Source: Haliotis cracherodii (lineage: Eukaryota). Taken from it: a DNA stretch of 64,000 bases. Below, one piece after another: positions 40,441-53,529 of this stretch; the stretch's first letter is position 1; every line of letters starts with the position of its first letter. The stretch covers positions 15,376,001-15,440,000 of the forward strand of contig NW_027266308.1 of the NCBI RefSeq assembly GCF_022045235.1, written 5' to 3'. The notes under the pieces were generated by a model. The model was not told the DNA's origin. It ran no database searches and saw only the letters and a list, made by a program, of their open reading frames with translations. Position numbers and translations under genes: made by a program.

Positions 40441-40821
40441 ACGATTTCCTCACTAATTTTGCTAAAGAAGAAATTATCTTATACTCCAGAACAAGGATCA
40501 CAGTTTTGTTGCCATCAGATAAGTTTTATGAATGATTTTCCTTCCATTCTTGTCTGTCTGTAGTAAAGATCCATCTTCCATAATTTTCTTCTATTTATTT
40601 CATTCTAGTAGAATCTAGAAAAACAATTCTCAATTTCCTTTCACACATAATTCATACATGTTTTTGCTGCATATGATTTTCTGTCTTGACAATTGAAAGA
40701 TCAAGTTCATTTACTCATTTTTCATAAATGGCATCGGGTTAGAATAGATATTCAATAACTCATGCTTCGTTGCGTGCATTCTTCTAAGAGTGTGGTAGGC
40801 AGGGCGACCACATTCACTGAA

Positions 40822-41038
40822 CACCTGTGAAGATCCGGGCTAGAATAGGTATTCAACAGCTCGTGCTTGTCGTAAGAGGCGACTTTTGGGATCGGGTGGT
40901 CAGGCTCTCTGACTTAGTATGTCATAGTATCCCAATTGCGCAGATCAGTGCTCATTATGTCAATCAAGTGATTGTCCAGAGTCGATCATTTACAGACCGC
41001 CGTCAAATAACTGGAATATTGCTGTAACAAACAAAATA
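40822..41038 (+). mobile_element. Retroposon family B copy
   Basis: acctgtgaagatccgggctagaatagg..gtcgtaagaggcgac..ggaatattgc..aacaaac. Confidence 0.82.
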
Positions 41039-41809
41039 AAAAAAATGTTCAGGGAGTCCAAGAGACCCCGCCTATCCTTATCGTTAAAGCCTTCATTCGC
41101 CACTGAAAGCAAGTCCCTGTGTTCGATGCGACACATGGGATGCCTGAAGCCCTTTCACGTGATACCCTGTTGTGACTCACTACTAACTGCGGGACAATGC
41201 ATATTTTAAAACTCTTCGTACAGCCATGGTAACAATAAGGAGTGGAAAAGGCAGCGTGGATTCGACAATCCTTCAGGAGTTATCCTCCCTGGTGCATCAA
41301 CTGTTGGATAACGACCGAGCCGGGATGATATGATGAAATCACGGGGGCTCTGTCACGAAAAGGGGTGTACATGCAGCGGATACGCCTCGCTCACAAACCA
41401 TGCATACATCATGCAAATCCAATTGGTATTTCGTGTCTTGTGAAATCGCACGTGTGAATGCTGTTTTGGCACTGATGATATACCATACAATCGCTCAAGA
41501 AAGCAAAAGACTGATTTTCTTTTTGTAAACTCACAATTGTCAGACGTCTAAAGCTTAACCTGACAGTGAATTCTGTTTTTAACAGCGCTTTGAATAGCAT
41601 ATCAGTTGTATTCGTGCTTGTCGGCTTAGTGTGGTCGGAAAGAACCCAAGAAAGCAAGCCTAAGACGTTCACCACAAACAAGAGCTTGTAATCGAGCCGA
41701 ACCTTGGATTTTATTCCACGATCATTGGATCCGAGCACGCATATGAAGCGACGAATCTCTGCTGCCATAGAGGGAAAGGTCAGGGGTAGGACTTCTATGT
41801 CACACTGTA

Positions 41810-44315
41810 GGCAGAACGTGAGTGTTTGGTCTTGAATCACCAATCCCTAGAGTTATCACATTAGGCATTACGTGAGTGTAGGTTCTTGAATCACCCATCC
41901 CTGGTGTTATCACATTAGGCATTACGTGAGTGTAGGTACATGGATCAGGAACACCTGGTGTTATCACATTAGGCATTACGTAAGTGTCGGTTCTTGAATC
42001 ACCCATCCCTGGTGTTATCACATTAGGTATCACGTGAGTGTAGGTTCTTGAATCAGGAACACCTGGTGTTATCACATTAGGTATTACGTGAGTGTAGGTA
42101 CATGGATCAGGAACACCTGGTGTTATCACGTTAGGCATTACGTGAGTGTAGGTTCTTGAATAAGCCATCCCTGGTGTTATCACGTTAGGCATTACGTGAG
42201 TGTAGGTTCTTGAATCAGGAACACCTGGTGTTATCACATTAGGTATTACGTTAGTGTAGGTTCTTGAAGCAGGAACACCTGGTGTTATCATGTTAGGCAT
42301 TACGTGAGTGTAGGTTCTTGAATCAGGAACACCTGGTGTTATCACATTAGGCATTACTTGAGTGTACATTCTTGAATAAGGAACACCTGGTGTTATCACA
42401 TTAGGCATTACGTGAGTGTAGGTTCTTGAATAAGCCATCCCTGGTGTTATCACATTAGGTATTACGTGAGTGTAGGTTCTTGAATCAGAAACACCTGGTG
42501 TTATCACATTAGGCATTACGTGAGTGTATGTTCTTGAATAAGCCATCCCTGGTGTTATCACATTAGGTATTACGTGAGTGTAGGTTCTTGAATCAGGAAC
42601 ACCTGGTGTTATCACATTAGGCATTACTTGAGTGTCGGTTCTTGAATCAGGAACACCTGGTGTTATCACATTAGGTATTACATCAGTGGAGGTTTTTGAA
42701 TCACGAACACCTGGTGTTATCACATAAGGCATTACGTGAGCGTAGGTACATGGATCAGGAACACCTGGTGTTATCACATTAGGTATTACTTGAGTGTCGG
42801 TTCTTGAATTGGGAACCTCTGGTGTTATCACTGTGGATATTACGTCAGTGGAGGTTCTTGAATCAGCCATCCCTGGTGTTATCACATTAGGCATTACGTG
42901 AGTGTAGGTTCTTGAATCAGGAACACCTGGTGTTATCACATTAGGCATTACGTGAACGTAGGTTCTTGAATCAGAACACCTGGTGTTATCACGTTAGGCA
43001 TTACGTGATAGTAGATTCTTGAATCACCCATCCCTGGTGTTATCACATTAGGCATTACGTGAGTGTAGGTTCTTGAATCAGGAACACCTGGTGTTATGAC
43101 ATTAGGCATTACGTGAGCGTAGGTTCTTGAATCAGGAACACCTGGTGTTATCATGTTAGGCATTACGTGAGTGTAGATTCTTGAATCACCCATCCCTGGT
43201 GTTATCACATTAGGCATTACGTGAGTGTAGGTTCTTGAATCAGGAACACCTGGTGTTATCACATTAGGTATTACTTGAGTGTCGGTTCTTGAATTGGGAA
43301 CCTCTGGTGTTATCACTGTGGATATTACGTCAGTGGAGGTTCTTGAATCAGGAACACCTGGTGTTATCCCATTAGGTATGACGTGAGTGTAGGTTCTTGA
43401 ATCAGGAACACCTGGTGTTATCACATAAGGCATTACGTCAGTGGAGGTTTTTGAATCACGAACACCTGGTGTTATCACGTTTAGCATAACGTGAGTGTAG
43501 GTTCTTGAATCACCAATCCCTGCTGTTATCAATATGTATATTACGTCAGTGGAGGTTCTTGAATCACCTGGTGTTATCACGCTAGGCATTCGGTGAGTGT
43601 AGGTACATGAATCAGGAACACCTGATGTTATCACGTTAGACATTATGTGAGTGTAGGTACATGAATCAGGAACACCTGGTGTTATCACATTAGGCACTAG
43701 GTGAGTGTAGGTTCTAGAAGCAGGAACACCTGGTGTTGTCACGTTGGGCATAACGTGAGTGTAGGTACATGAATCAGGAGCACCTTGTGTTATCACGTTA
43801 GTCATTATGTGAGTGTAGGTACGTGAATCAGGAACACCTGGTGTTATCACATTAGGCACTAGGTGAGTGTAGGTTCTAGAAGCAGGAACACCTGGTGTTA
43901 TCACGTTGGGGATTCGGTGAGTGTAGGTACATGAATCAGGAGCACCTTGTGTTATCACGTTAGTCATTATGTGAGTGTAGGTACGTGAATCAGGAACACC
44001 TGGTGTTATCACATTAGGCACTAGGTGAGTGTAGGTTCTAGAAGCAGGAACACCTGGTGTTATCACGTTGGGGATTCGGTGAGTGTAGGTACATGAATCA
44101 GGAGCACCTTGTGTTATCACGTTAGTCATTATGTGAGTGTAGGTACGTGAATCAGGAACACCTGGTGTTATCACATTAGGCACTAGGTGAGTGTAGGTTC
44201 TAGAAGCAGGAACACCTGGTGTTATCACTTTGGGGATTCGGTGAGTGTAGGTACATGAATCAGGAGCATCGGTGTCATAAATGTAGATATAACGGGAGTG
44301 TAGATTCTTGAATCT
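41810..44315 (-). repeat. 54-bp tandem array, ~46 copies, reading as 18-aa repeat MPNVITPGVPDSRTYTHV (possible disrupted coding gene)
   Basis: ORFs 42948-44228 and 41800-42948 are separated by a 1-bp deletion near 42975. There is also an in-frame 6-bp deletion near 43565. Confidence 0.9.
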
Positions 44316-44989
44316 ATCTCCAATTTGTCTGGGGTCTTGTTATAGATATTGGAATATGAATATACCAAAGGTATTGACAACAAAATAAAGATTTGAAGCT
44401 TTTATTTTCTGAAATACTCCGCCGCTCGTCACAATCACGTTATATGTAAAATACGAATATGACATAAACATAAAAAAATCGTCAACGTCAAGACCAAAAG
44501 ACATTTTACACGACATTTGTGTGACAGTTGTAGATGTAATGCCAAATACAAAGTTGATGGTCGATAAATAATTAAATAAATGATGACATTCACAATACAG
44601 AACCCATGCATGCAAAATATAATTATTGTAATATTTGATATTTATTGATTTGTTGTTGAGTTCACGAATTAAAACTTCAGCTATTTCAATACCATCAAAC
44701 AAATACACCAAACTCAAAGATATCACATTTGACCAATAAATAACATTTCATCAACTCACTAACATACCATTATGTGTAACTTATCAAACAAGACCATCAC
44801 AAACATACCATCGGGTGTTAGTTATCACACATGACCATCACAAACTTACTATTATTTGTAACATATCAAGCAATCCCATTACAAAATATTATTTCACTTA
44901 ACAAGAGAAAACATTGCAAATTCTCATTGACTTTATCTCAGCAAGCAAACATTACCATTGCGTTTCATTTACCCAACAAGAACATTACA

Positions 44990-46483
44990 AACGTACCATT
45001 AAGTTTAACCTATCAAGTAGAACCATTTCATGTTTACGATTAAGTTTAACCTATAAAGTAAAACCATAACGAGTGTACCATTAAGTTTAACCTATCAAGT
45101 AGAACCATTACGAGTGTACCATTAAGTGTAACCTATCAAGTAAAACAATTACGAGTGTACCATTAAGTGTAACTTATCCAGTAAAATCATTACGAGTGTA
45201 CCATTAAGTTTAACCTATCAAGTAAAACCATTACGAGTGTACCATTAAGTTTAACCTATCAAGTAAAACAATTACGTGTGTACCATTAAGTGTAACTTAT
45301 CCAGTAAAATCATTACGAGTGTACCATTAAGTTTAACCTATCAAGTAAAATCATTACGAGTGTACCATTAAGTGTAACCTATCCAGTAAAATCATTTCGA
45401 GTGTACCATTTAGTGTAACCTATCAAGTAAAACCATTACGAGTGTACCATTAAGTTTAACTTATGAAGTAAACCACTACGAGTGTACCATTAAGTTTAAC
45501 CTATCAAGTAAAACCATTACGAGTGTACCATTAAGTGTAACCTATCAAGTAAAACCATTCCGAGTGTACCATTAAGTGAAACTTATGGAGTAAACCCATT
45601 ACGAGTGTACCATTAAGTGTAACCTATCAAGTAAAACCATTACGAGTGTACCATTAAGTGTAACCTATCCAGTAAACCCGTTACCAGTGTACCATTAAGT
45701 TTAACCTATCAAGTAAAACCATTACGAGTGTACCATTAAGTTTAACCTATCAAGTAAAACCATTACGAGTGTACCATTAAGTTGAACCTATCAAGTAAAA
45801 CCATTACCAGTGTACCATTAAGTTGAACCTATCAAGTAAAACCATTACGAGTGTACCATTAAGTTCAACCTAAAAAGTAAAATCATTACGAGTGTACCAT
45901 TAAGTTTAACCTATCAAGTAAAACCATTACCAGTGTACCATTAAGTGTAACCTATCCAGTAAAATCATTTCGAGTGTACCATTTTGTGTAACCTATCAAG
46001 TAAAACCATTACGAGTGTACCATTAAGTTTAACCTATCAAGTAAAACCATAACGAGTGTACCATTAAGTTTAACATATCAAGCAAAACCATAACGAGTGC
46101 ACCATTAAGTTGAACCTATCAAGTAAAACCATTACCAGTGTACCATTAAGTTGAACCTATAAAGTAAAACCATTACGAGTGTACCATTAAGTTTAACCTA
46201 TCAAGTAAAACCATTACCAGTGTACCATTAAGTGTAACCTTTCAAGTAAAACCATTACGAGTGTACCATTAAGTTTAACCTATCAAGTAAAACCATTACC
46301 AGTGTACCATTAAGTTCAACCTATAAAGTAAAACCATTACCAGTGTACCATTAAGTTTAACCTTTCAAGTAAAACCATTACGAGTGTACCATTAAGTTGA
46401 ACCTATAAAGTAAAACCATTACGAGTGTACCATTAACTTTAACCTATAAAGTAAAACCATTACGAGTGTACCATTAAGTTTAA
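44990..46483. repeat. 41-bp minisatellite, ~36 copies, with a degenerate leading edge from ~44740
   Basis: Unit gagtgtaccattaagtttaacctatcaagtaaaaccattac. Confidence 0.96.
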
Positions 46484-49400
46484 CGGAAAATGTCACCAGC
46501 CCAGTCACTAACATTGATGGTATAAAGTCGTAATGCTTGTTTAGTGTTCCGAGCTTGGATTATAGGATATTTGTGTTTTAAATAGTTCGGTGTAATAAGA
46601 TTCCAGTGCTTTGTTAAATCAAGACCAGCATGTATCGAATCACTATTTTAATTTACATAATACATTCTACATGATTAGGTCCCGTGGACCGTCACGCAAA
46701 AATGTATACAGACATCAAATAAACAAGGAATATACAAAATGCAATGGACAGTTATGAAATAAATTCAAAATATACAAACAGTTTTAAACGCATAAAAAGG
46801 GCAATGTCATGACTGATAAAGGACTAGGATCAATAGAGATACAGAAAATACTGTTTGGAAATCAGATGAGAGTTATATGAAAACTACCATATTCCCCAAA
46901 ATGAATATCTATCATAACGTTACACATGATAAACGGTTGTTTCGTAGTGCAGACATCACTATTTCACAGAAGACAAACTTCACAATCACCTGACACGAAT
47001 CAGGCGAACTCGGAAAGGCCACCCCAAATTGATCGTTTCCAAATGTTTTTTTTCTGAAACGAATGATTCTAATTGACTTTATATGGCATTTATTAATTAT
47101 AAATATGCTAGGAAATACATATTTACCTTCAATACCGGTATCTCAACAAATATTTTCCAGTTTTCTATAAATAGATCCAATAAAGGTCAATAACAAAACT
47201 TCAAAATGGTTTATCCATAAAACGAACCAGAAAAATCGAATAAACAGATTCTACGTTTGAAAAATTGCTTTAAAAAAAAAAAAGGGAAACAACTCTTGTC
47301 GCATTATTGCACATCTAACCAGAAAGTCAAGTGCCTGAAGGTTAAAGGTATCGATTTCTGTTGTATACAACACTGAATGGATGAGTTATTTATGATGAGG
47401 GCACTAGGTCCATGTGGAATTGGCGGCCCTAGCAGGTTGGATTCAAGTTGTTGAAACACCACTTCTGTTGTCTGATATATTATTTATGTATATAATTCTC
47501 ATAGCTATTTAATGATTACCTCAAGGCTATAATCACACATGGCACTGAACACGTCAATACCTAGACTGGAAAAGGGTGCCAGACCAACGAGAACACTTTC
47601 TCTTTAAAGTGGGAGAGAAGGAGATAGTGACACCAACTGTGTACGTCCACACTGATGAAACCGACGAACAGCGTTGCGCCCGCAGACCAAAGATTCGAAC
47701 CAACCAAGAATGCTAATGAAATACCTCATCTTAACCTTCATTATGAACAGGCGACAACGTCAAAAGCTGCCAGTTTTGATCAAGTACGAACTACAACTAT
47801 CCAATATCTTTGATGCGAATAATTACGTACTTGAATAACAACACAATTGAATAAATATTTTAGACCCAGATACAAGGAAGGACTCAAGATTGTGGCATAT
47901 TTACAGTTTGATGAAATTAACTAATCAAAAGAAGTTAAAGAACATCCGATTTTCTTTTCAAACACTATCGTTAATCTGTCATGGTTGGTGGGCATCGCAA
48001 CACGCAGCCGTCCAATTTTGTGATTTCTTTAACTTATTTTGAGTAGCATATTATTACATTATGTAACGCAGTGAATAATGAAGAAGTTTGAATAATGATC
48101 TTCCTAACCCTGAAATGACCCCAGCAATAGTAAAGGGTGTCCAAAGGCTCAGATGGAGGGGCACAGAACGAAAGACATGAATACATGTCCCTGATGACAT
48201 TGCACCAACATTACGTCATATGATAACTCGAGCATACATTTTGTCAGGGATGAGACAAGCTACGGATGTGAAGCCAGCTATGGGTCTGACTCCTACATGT
48301 ATTTCATGGCAGTGCTCCAGAACAGGGACAAATATTGTCACTTCAGCTTCATTTTAAGTAGTATGGAAACAAATGTGTGAGATACCTATAATTATCTTTG
48401 TTTTCGGTTTTATTTTCAATATCATCTATTACGCATTTGAAGTCGTTCTTTTGTGTAACTTAATTATTACATATTTAAACAAGACACACTGTTTAACCGA
48501 AAGAATGATTTATCAAAACGTGTGAGACGAAATGAGGTGGGCTTTTAGTAATTATTCTGCAATATTACGACGGGTAGTAGGGGATCCTTACCTTATTAAC
48601 TTTTTGTGAGGAATAAATGATCTTAGCAAACGAGGTCACAATCTATATGTGTCGACGTGTATCCTTGCAATGCTAATCGGATGCTGTTCAGACTAAGAAA
48701 GGGAGATTAAAATAAATCAAACCGTTCTTTTGCTCAATGAAATATTTTAGAGATGAATATTGCACCAAATTTACAATCAATCGTGTGAAGAATAATATCA
48801 TCTATGATCATACAATCCTAATATGAATGGCGTTTCAGTACGATCTCGTAACAAAACAATAAATGTTATCGTCCAGCTAACATGACAACATTACATATGA
48901 ATATAAACCACTCTGGCGGAGAATCACACAGAACATGATTAAAATGAATGTCACGGCGTTTGAAAATGTTCAAAATAATATTGACATACATTTCGCAAAA
49001 TATCGGAAACACCCGAGTTCTGCCGAGTTGCTGATCACGTGACTCGATACACTCAACAAAGGACACCACACATGCCAGCGACAGACGCTTCTGCAGAAGA
49101 TAATTAAATCCTTCAGCAACCGAGTGTAACAGAGGGGCCTGTATCCACGCATTCCTGAGTGTAATCTAAGTTATTTCCCTCTTTCTCAAACTCTGGTTGG
49201 CTTTTCTTGACGTCTCGGCATAACAAGATGGCACTCGCGTGCCACCGACGATAGGTCAGTGCATGTGAAGAAAGGTCACAAAGGGCAGATCACTCTACAC
49301 TGCTTTGCCTTCTGACATAGTAAGGTATCCTTTGGGATTCGCCCGATGCCACTGGAAACGGAAGTATTGAAAACTAATGACACTATGTGAAACTGATCTA

Positions 49401-50104
49401 AACATATATGGATATAAAGCTTGTGAACAGAATATAATTTGAAAAAAAACATGTACTACGAAATCAAATAAAAGACAGCTCAGATCGGGTACATGTGTCA
49501 AAGCAAACATGCTAAAGGAAAATGATAATTCTCTAGAACACTGGCGGATTTGATATTCTAGAGGGCACATAAGTTCTTTTTCGACACAGAAAAAAACATA
49601 TTTTAAACTATACATTCTATTAGTCACACTTCACACCACAACACACTAAGAAAACCGGTTGAGAAATTCGCAGAGGAATGCTAAAATACAGTTCGGAAGT
49701 ACTCAGCATTCCGGATCAAACATACATGCAATTGTTAGTTGAAAATAGAGTTGTGGGGATTAAATCTCCCACATGGGGAAGCAGACAGACTGAGCGAGTG
49801 GGCGTGTGACCTTGGTTGACATCATTATGAAATCCACTGGATTGGTGAAATCCACGAGCACGTGTCTATGGTAGAGGCAAACGTACCGTGATCTTGTGCT
49901 AGTCTCACAGTTCACAGCAATGTTGATGGCGGAGTGTAGGTGGATGGTGAGCTGGACAAGTGAATTGGTTCGAAACTTTCCTCTGTTCACCAACAGCGAA
50001 ACTGTACCCGACAGGATGAAAGGGTAATGCGGAAGCAAATCTTCCGGTGTCTAAAGGGCAGCGTGGGCTGTATACTTCCCAGGGTGTGAGAATGCAATTG
50101 GAAT

Positions 50105-50361
50105 NNNNNNNNNNNNNNNNNNNNNNNNNNNNNNNNNNNNNNNNNNNNNNNNNNNNNNNNNNNNNNNNNNNNNNNNNNNNNNNNNNNNNNNNNNNNNNNN
50201 NNNNNNNNNNNNNNNNNNNNNNNNNNNNNNNNNNNNNNNNNNNNNNNNNNNNNNNNNNNNNNNNNNNNNNNNNNNNNNNNNNNNNNNNNNNNNNNNNNNN
50301 NNNNNNNNNNNNNNNNNNNNNNNNNNNNNNNNNNNNNNNNNNNNNNNNNNNNNNNNNNNNN
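50105..50361. other. Assembly gap (N run)
   Basis: N run. Confidence 0.99.
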
Positions 50362-51823
50362 CATGACCTACAGTGTTGTTATCATAATATATCGTGGAAG
50401 AAGGAGTCTGGTACATGTAAGCGGCTCAACTGCCATTACAAAGTGACTGAATGCTGTTCATTGGCTTGAAAGACCTGATGTTCTCGGGTATTTATGAGGT
50501 TGACAAATGGAAGAAAGTTTACGTTAACTGACGATAAATACCACCTTGTTACTACACTGTCATCACACTAACCCGAAGATCGAGTTGATAGTTATATACC
50601 TGACAGGCATTACGTGCCGAGTTTCACGAACACTATCAGTTAAAAATGTATTGCAGTTTATGTCAAAGATTTAGAATCTTGTCGGGAATGTTAAATGTCC
50701 CTTGTGTTGTATGTAATGAACATGGAGGTTAACCTCGGTCCCGAAGCCTTGAGGATTGGATTTCCCACATTGGAATATGTTCGAAGCCCATCTCTGGTGT
50801 CTCCTGCCATGATATTGCGTGGCGATTTCGAAACGCGGCGTAAAACCACACACTCAAAATTACAAAGAATAGTGCATGAGACTAAAATAAAACTTCATGT
50901 CGAGGGACATGAATACATCAACTTCCAAAATCTCCATGCCGAAATCAGGAGATGTACACAGATGAAAACTGCCTATGCAAGCTCAACTCAGTCGGAGTAA
51001 AAATAGTTAAAATATATTATTTAATTCATTCCAAGTGCTTCCAACTGTGTGACGACACTGAACAAGAACTTGACGAGCCAACGTTTTAACCATTAGACGG
51101 GGCACAAAAGAGTGGCCCAGTTGACTGAGGTGCCGGAATTCGCTGGTCCTGTTTCTTGGTTTGTCAGCACCACATCCGCGCTCGTGGGTTTCATCAAAGT
51201 AGTAGTATATCTGCATCACTTCGGGCTTTCCTCACAAATGTAGCTGACACGGCTCGATATAACTGAAATACTGTTCAAAGCGGCGTTAAACCCGACTCAC
51301 TCAATCACTAACTGAATCATTACACTACCTGACTACACTTTAAAGCACAACATGTTTTATTCACAGCAAGAGTAATACTCTGGAGACAAAAAATAATGTC
51401 GGCAAAAATAATACAGCAGGGCAAAGGAATGTTGGCATATGTGAAGCGGGCGTTTCGTTACGTCAGGTTCGTCACGATATGGCTGAAATATTGACGATGT
51501 GACGTTAAACTTTAACTCACTCACTCACGTTACGTCAGAATATGCCGAATCATTAAACCGATTTCTCCTACCTTGCTAAGGTATAACGGGAACACAAATA
51601 AGCCCTATGTGCTAAAGAAAACTGTAAGATAAAACGAATGCCAATCTTGTTAAGCCACACGTGTTGTTCTGTCACCAGAAGATGAAGAGGAAGTATGCAT
51701 CGTCTCCCCAGCTGGGAGCCCGCGTGGGTCGGTAATAGATCGCTAAAGAGTTCGTTAGTCAGGACATGCTTGGTCTTAAAGGGACATACACCTACATCTT
51801 TCGGCTACAAATTACAGGTTCCT

Positions 51824-51870
51824 TTAAACCATTGTGGTTTCTCTTCCATCCTTCTCCTTAGATTCATCTT
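51824..51870 (-). CDS. stum: stum paralogue B, terminal coding exon (KDESKEKDGRETTMV*)
   Basis: Acceptor ttttgctttctttgctcag|AA GAT, phase-compatible with the 52869 donor. TAA at 51826-51824. Minus-strand AATAAA at 51361-51356. Confidence 0.75.
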
Positions 51871-52868
51871 CTGAGCAAAGAAAGCAAAATCAAGATGATT
51901 GGAAAATTGAGTAGGTTAAGTTGAAACAACACTTTTGTCGAGGAGTTCTGGTTAACGATGTTTCACAGTAAAAGGATACACTATGGTGTTTATCTGCACA
52001 CATGGAACATCAATAACAAAAAACGTCTATTTACAGAACGACATGTATATTACATGAAACAAACTATGGGAAACGGTTGTTCATATCTACGCAGGTACTA
52101 CGTGTTTCCACGCTATGTCTAAATTTACTATAATATTTCAAAATGCATTCTAACTAGTCACAGATTAGACATAACCACAGAAATGAATATTAACACATAC
52201 CCTCAACCACAAACAACAACAAAATACATTATTGATCTCCAGGACACAGAGGGTTGTCGATAAGTATGTTTCCTATCACGGTAACAAGACAGGCATGGCC
52301 CCTGCTTACTAGCTGTCGAGTGTTGTTTTGTGGCCCATGTCTACCAAGCGACCTGAGAAATAATCAAGTAAGGGACAGGCACCCAGAAACTGATATCATG
52401 ATCAGCGATCTCCCCGCTTCACCCCAGGTCCCGACCCCCATTATGGCCGCCAATTATGAGTATCGGGTGTTGGGACCTAGTCTGTCCCCGGATACCCACG
52501 GTTTTACGCCGCTTTTGGCAGTTCTCCAGCAATATCACCGACCCCCAAAATGCCCTACTGCCCCTCACAATCACAGGAGTACGCGAGTAATGAAGGATGT
52601 GTCACGCCGCCTTCAGCAATATCCCAGCAATGTGGAGGCATGGGGGTCGGGCGTTGAGGGTGGACATGTTTGGGATTCGATCACGGGCTTCGGCTCAGCG
52701 ACCCAATGTTATAACCACTAAACCTCCCATAAAACTTTGAAGATTAATACATCTAGTTATCATGTTCTAATATGAACGTAAAGTTAAGTGTTACCGCTAT
52801 TAAATGAGGTAAATATGTATATATCTGTTGCCGCCAAGAAGTGCATGAAGCCGGGATGTCTGACATAC

Positions 52869-53042
52869 TTGCGATCTGGACGAAGTTCATCCCCCAGATA
52901 ATGCTCCACACCCAGCCGACTATGATGATGAAAGATGCCATTTGTAGAAGTGCTGACAAGATGTTTAATCCGAATGCTTTTATTGGCTTGTCTATCCTCG
53001 TCTTTGCTCCACATAACACAGAGAAGGCCGAGATGATTGTAC
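52869..53042 (-). CDS. stum: stum/SPEC3-family membrane protein, paralogue B, internal coding exon (phase 1/1)
   Basis: Acceptor cccctctgctgttccag|GT ACA and donor GCA A|gtatgt. Translates (G)TIISAFSVLCGAKTRIDKPIKAFGLNILSALLQMASFIIIVGWVWSIIWGMNFVQIA, close to vertebrate STUM (GTFVSAFTVLCGART...GWIMSIFWGM, from memory). Same intron positions as paralogue A. Confidence 0.93.
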
Positions 53043-53079
53043 CTGGAACAGCAGAGGGGACATCAAAACTAGTGACAAA

Positions 53080-53278
53080 TGTTTGTTTGTTGTTTAACGC
53101 CGCAATATTCAAGCTATATGACTGAGGTCTGTAAATAATCGAATTTGGAGCAGACAAGTCATTGATTGACATCCTGAGCATCGATCTACGCAATTGGATA
53201 CGATGACATGCGAGCCAGATCACCTGGTCCCGTTAGTCGCCTCTTACGCCAAGCATGGGTTGTTGAGGACCTATTCAT
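53080..53278 (-). mobile_element. Retroposon family B copy, immediately upstream of the stum-B acceptor
   Basis: Reverse complement of the family B body and (aaac)n tail. Confidence 0.8.
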
Positions 53279-53529
53279 TTATTGTCATTTATGTTCATAA
53301 TTAGACAGGATGAGAGAATATAATGTGACGTATCACCCAGACAGAATTGCATTCAAAATGTTCTATGAGCCACGCGTCAGCTACCGAGATGTGCTTGTGT
53401 TGGTATACCAAAATGAAAGAAAATGAGGAACTGTAGTGTCTGGACTCTCCTAAATCCTATATTGACATGGTAAAGTATGACAAAGTTGTTTTTAGTAATA
53501 CTATGATCGTATTTTTTTTAATTGGAAGG

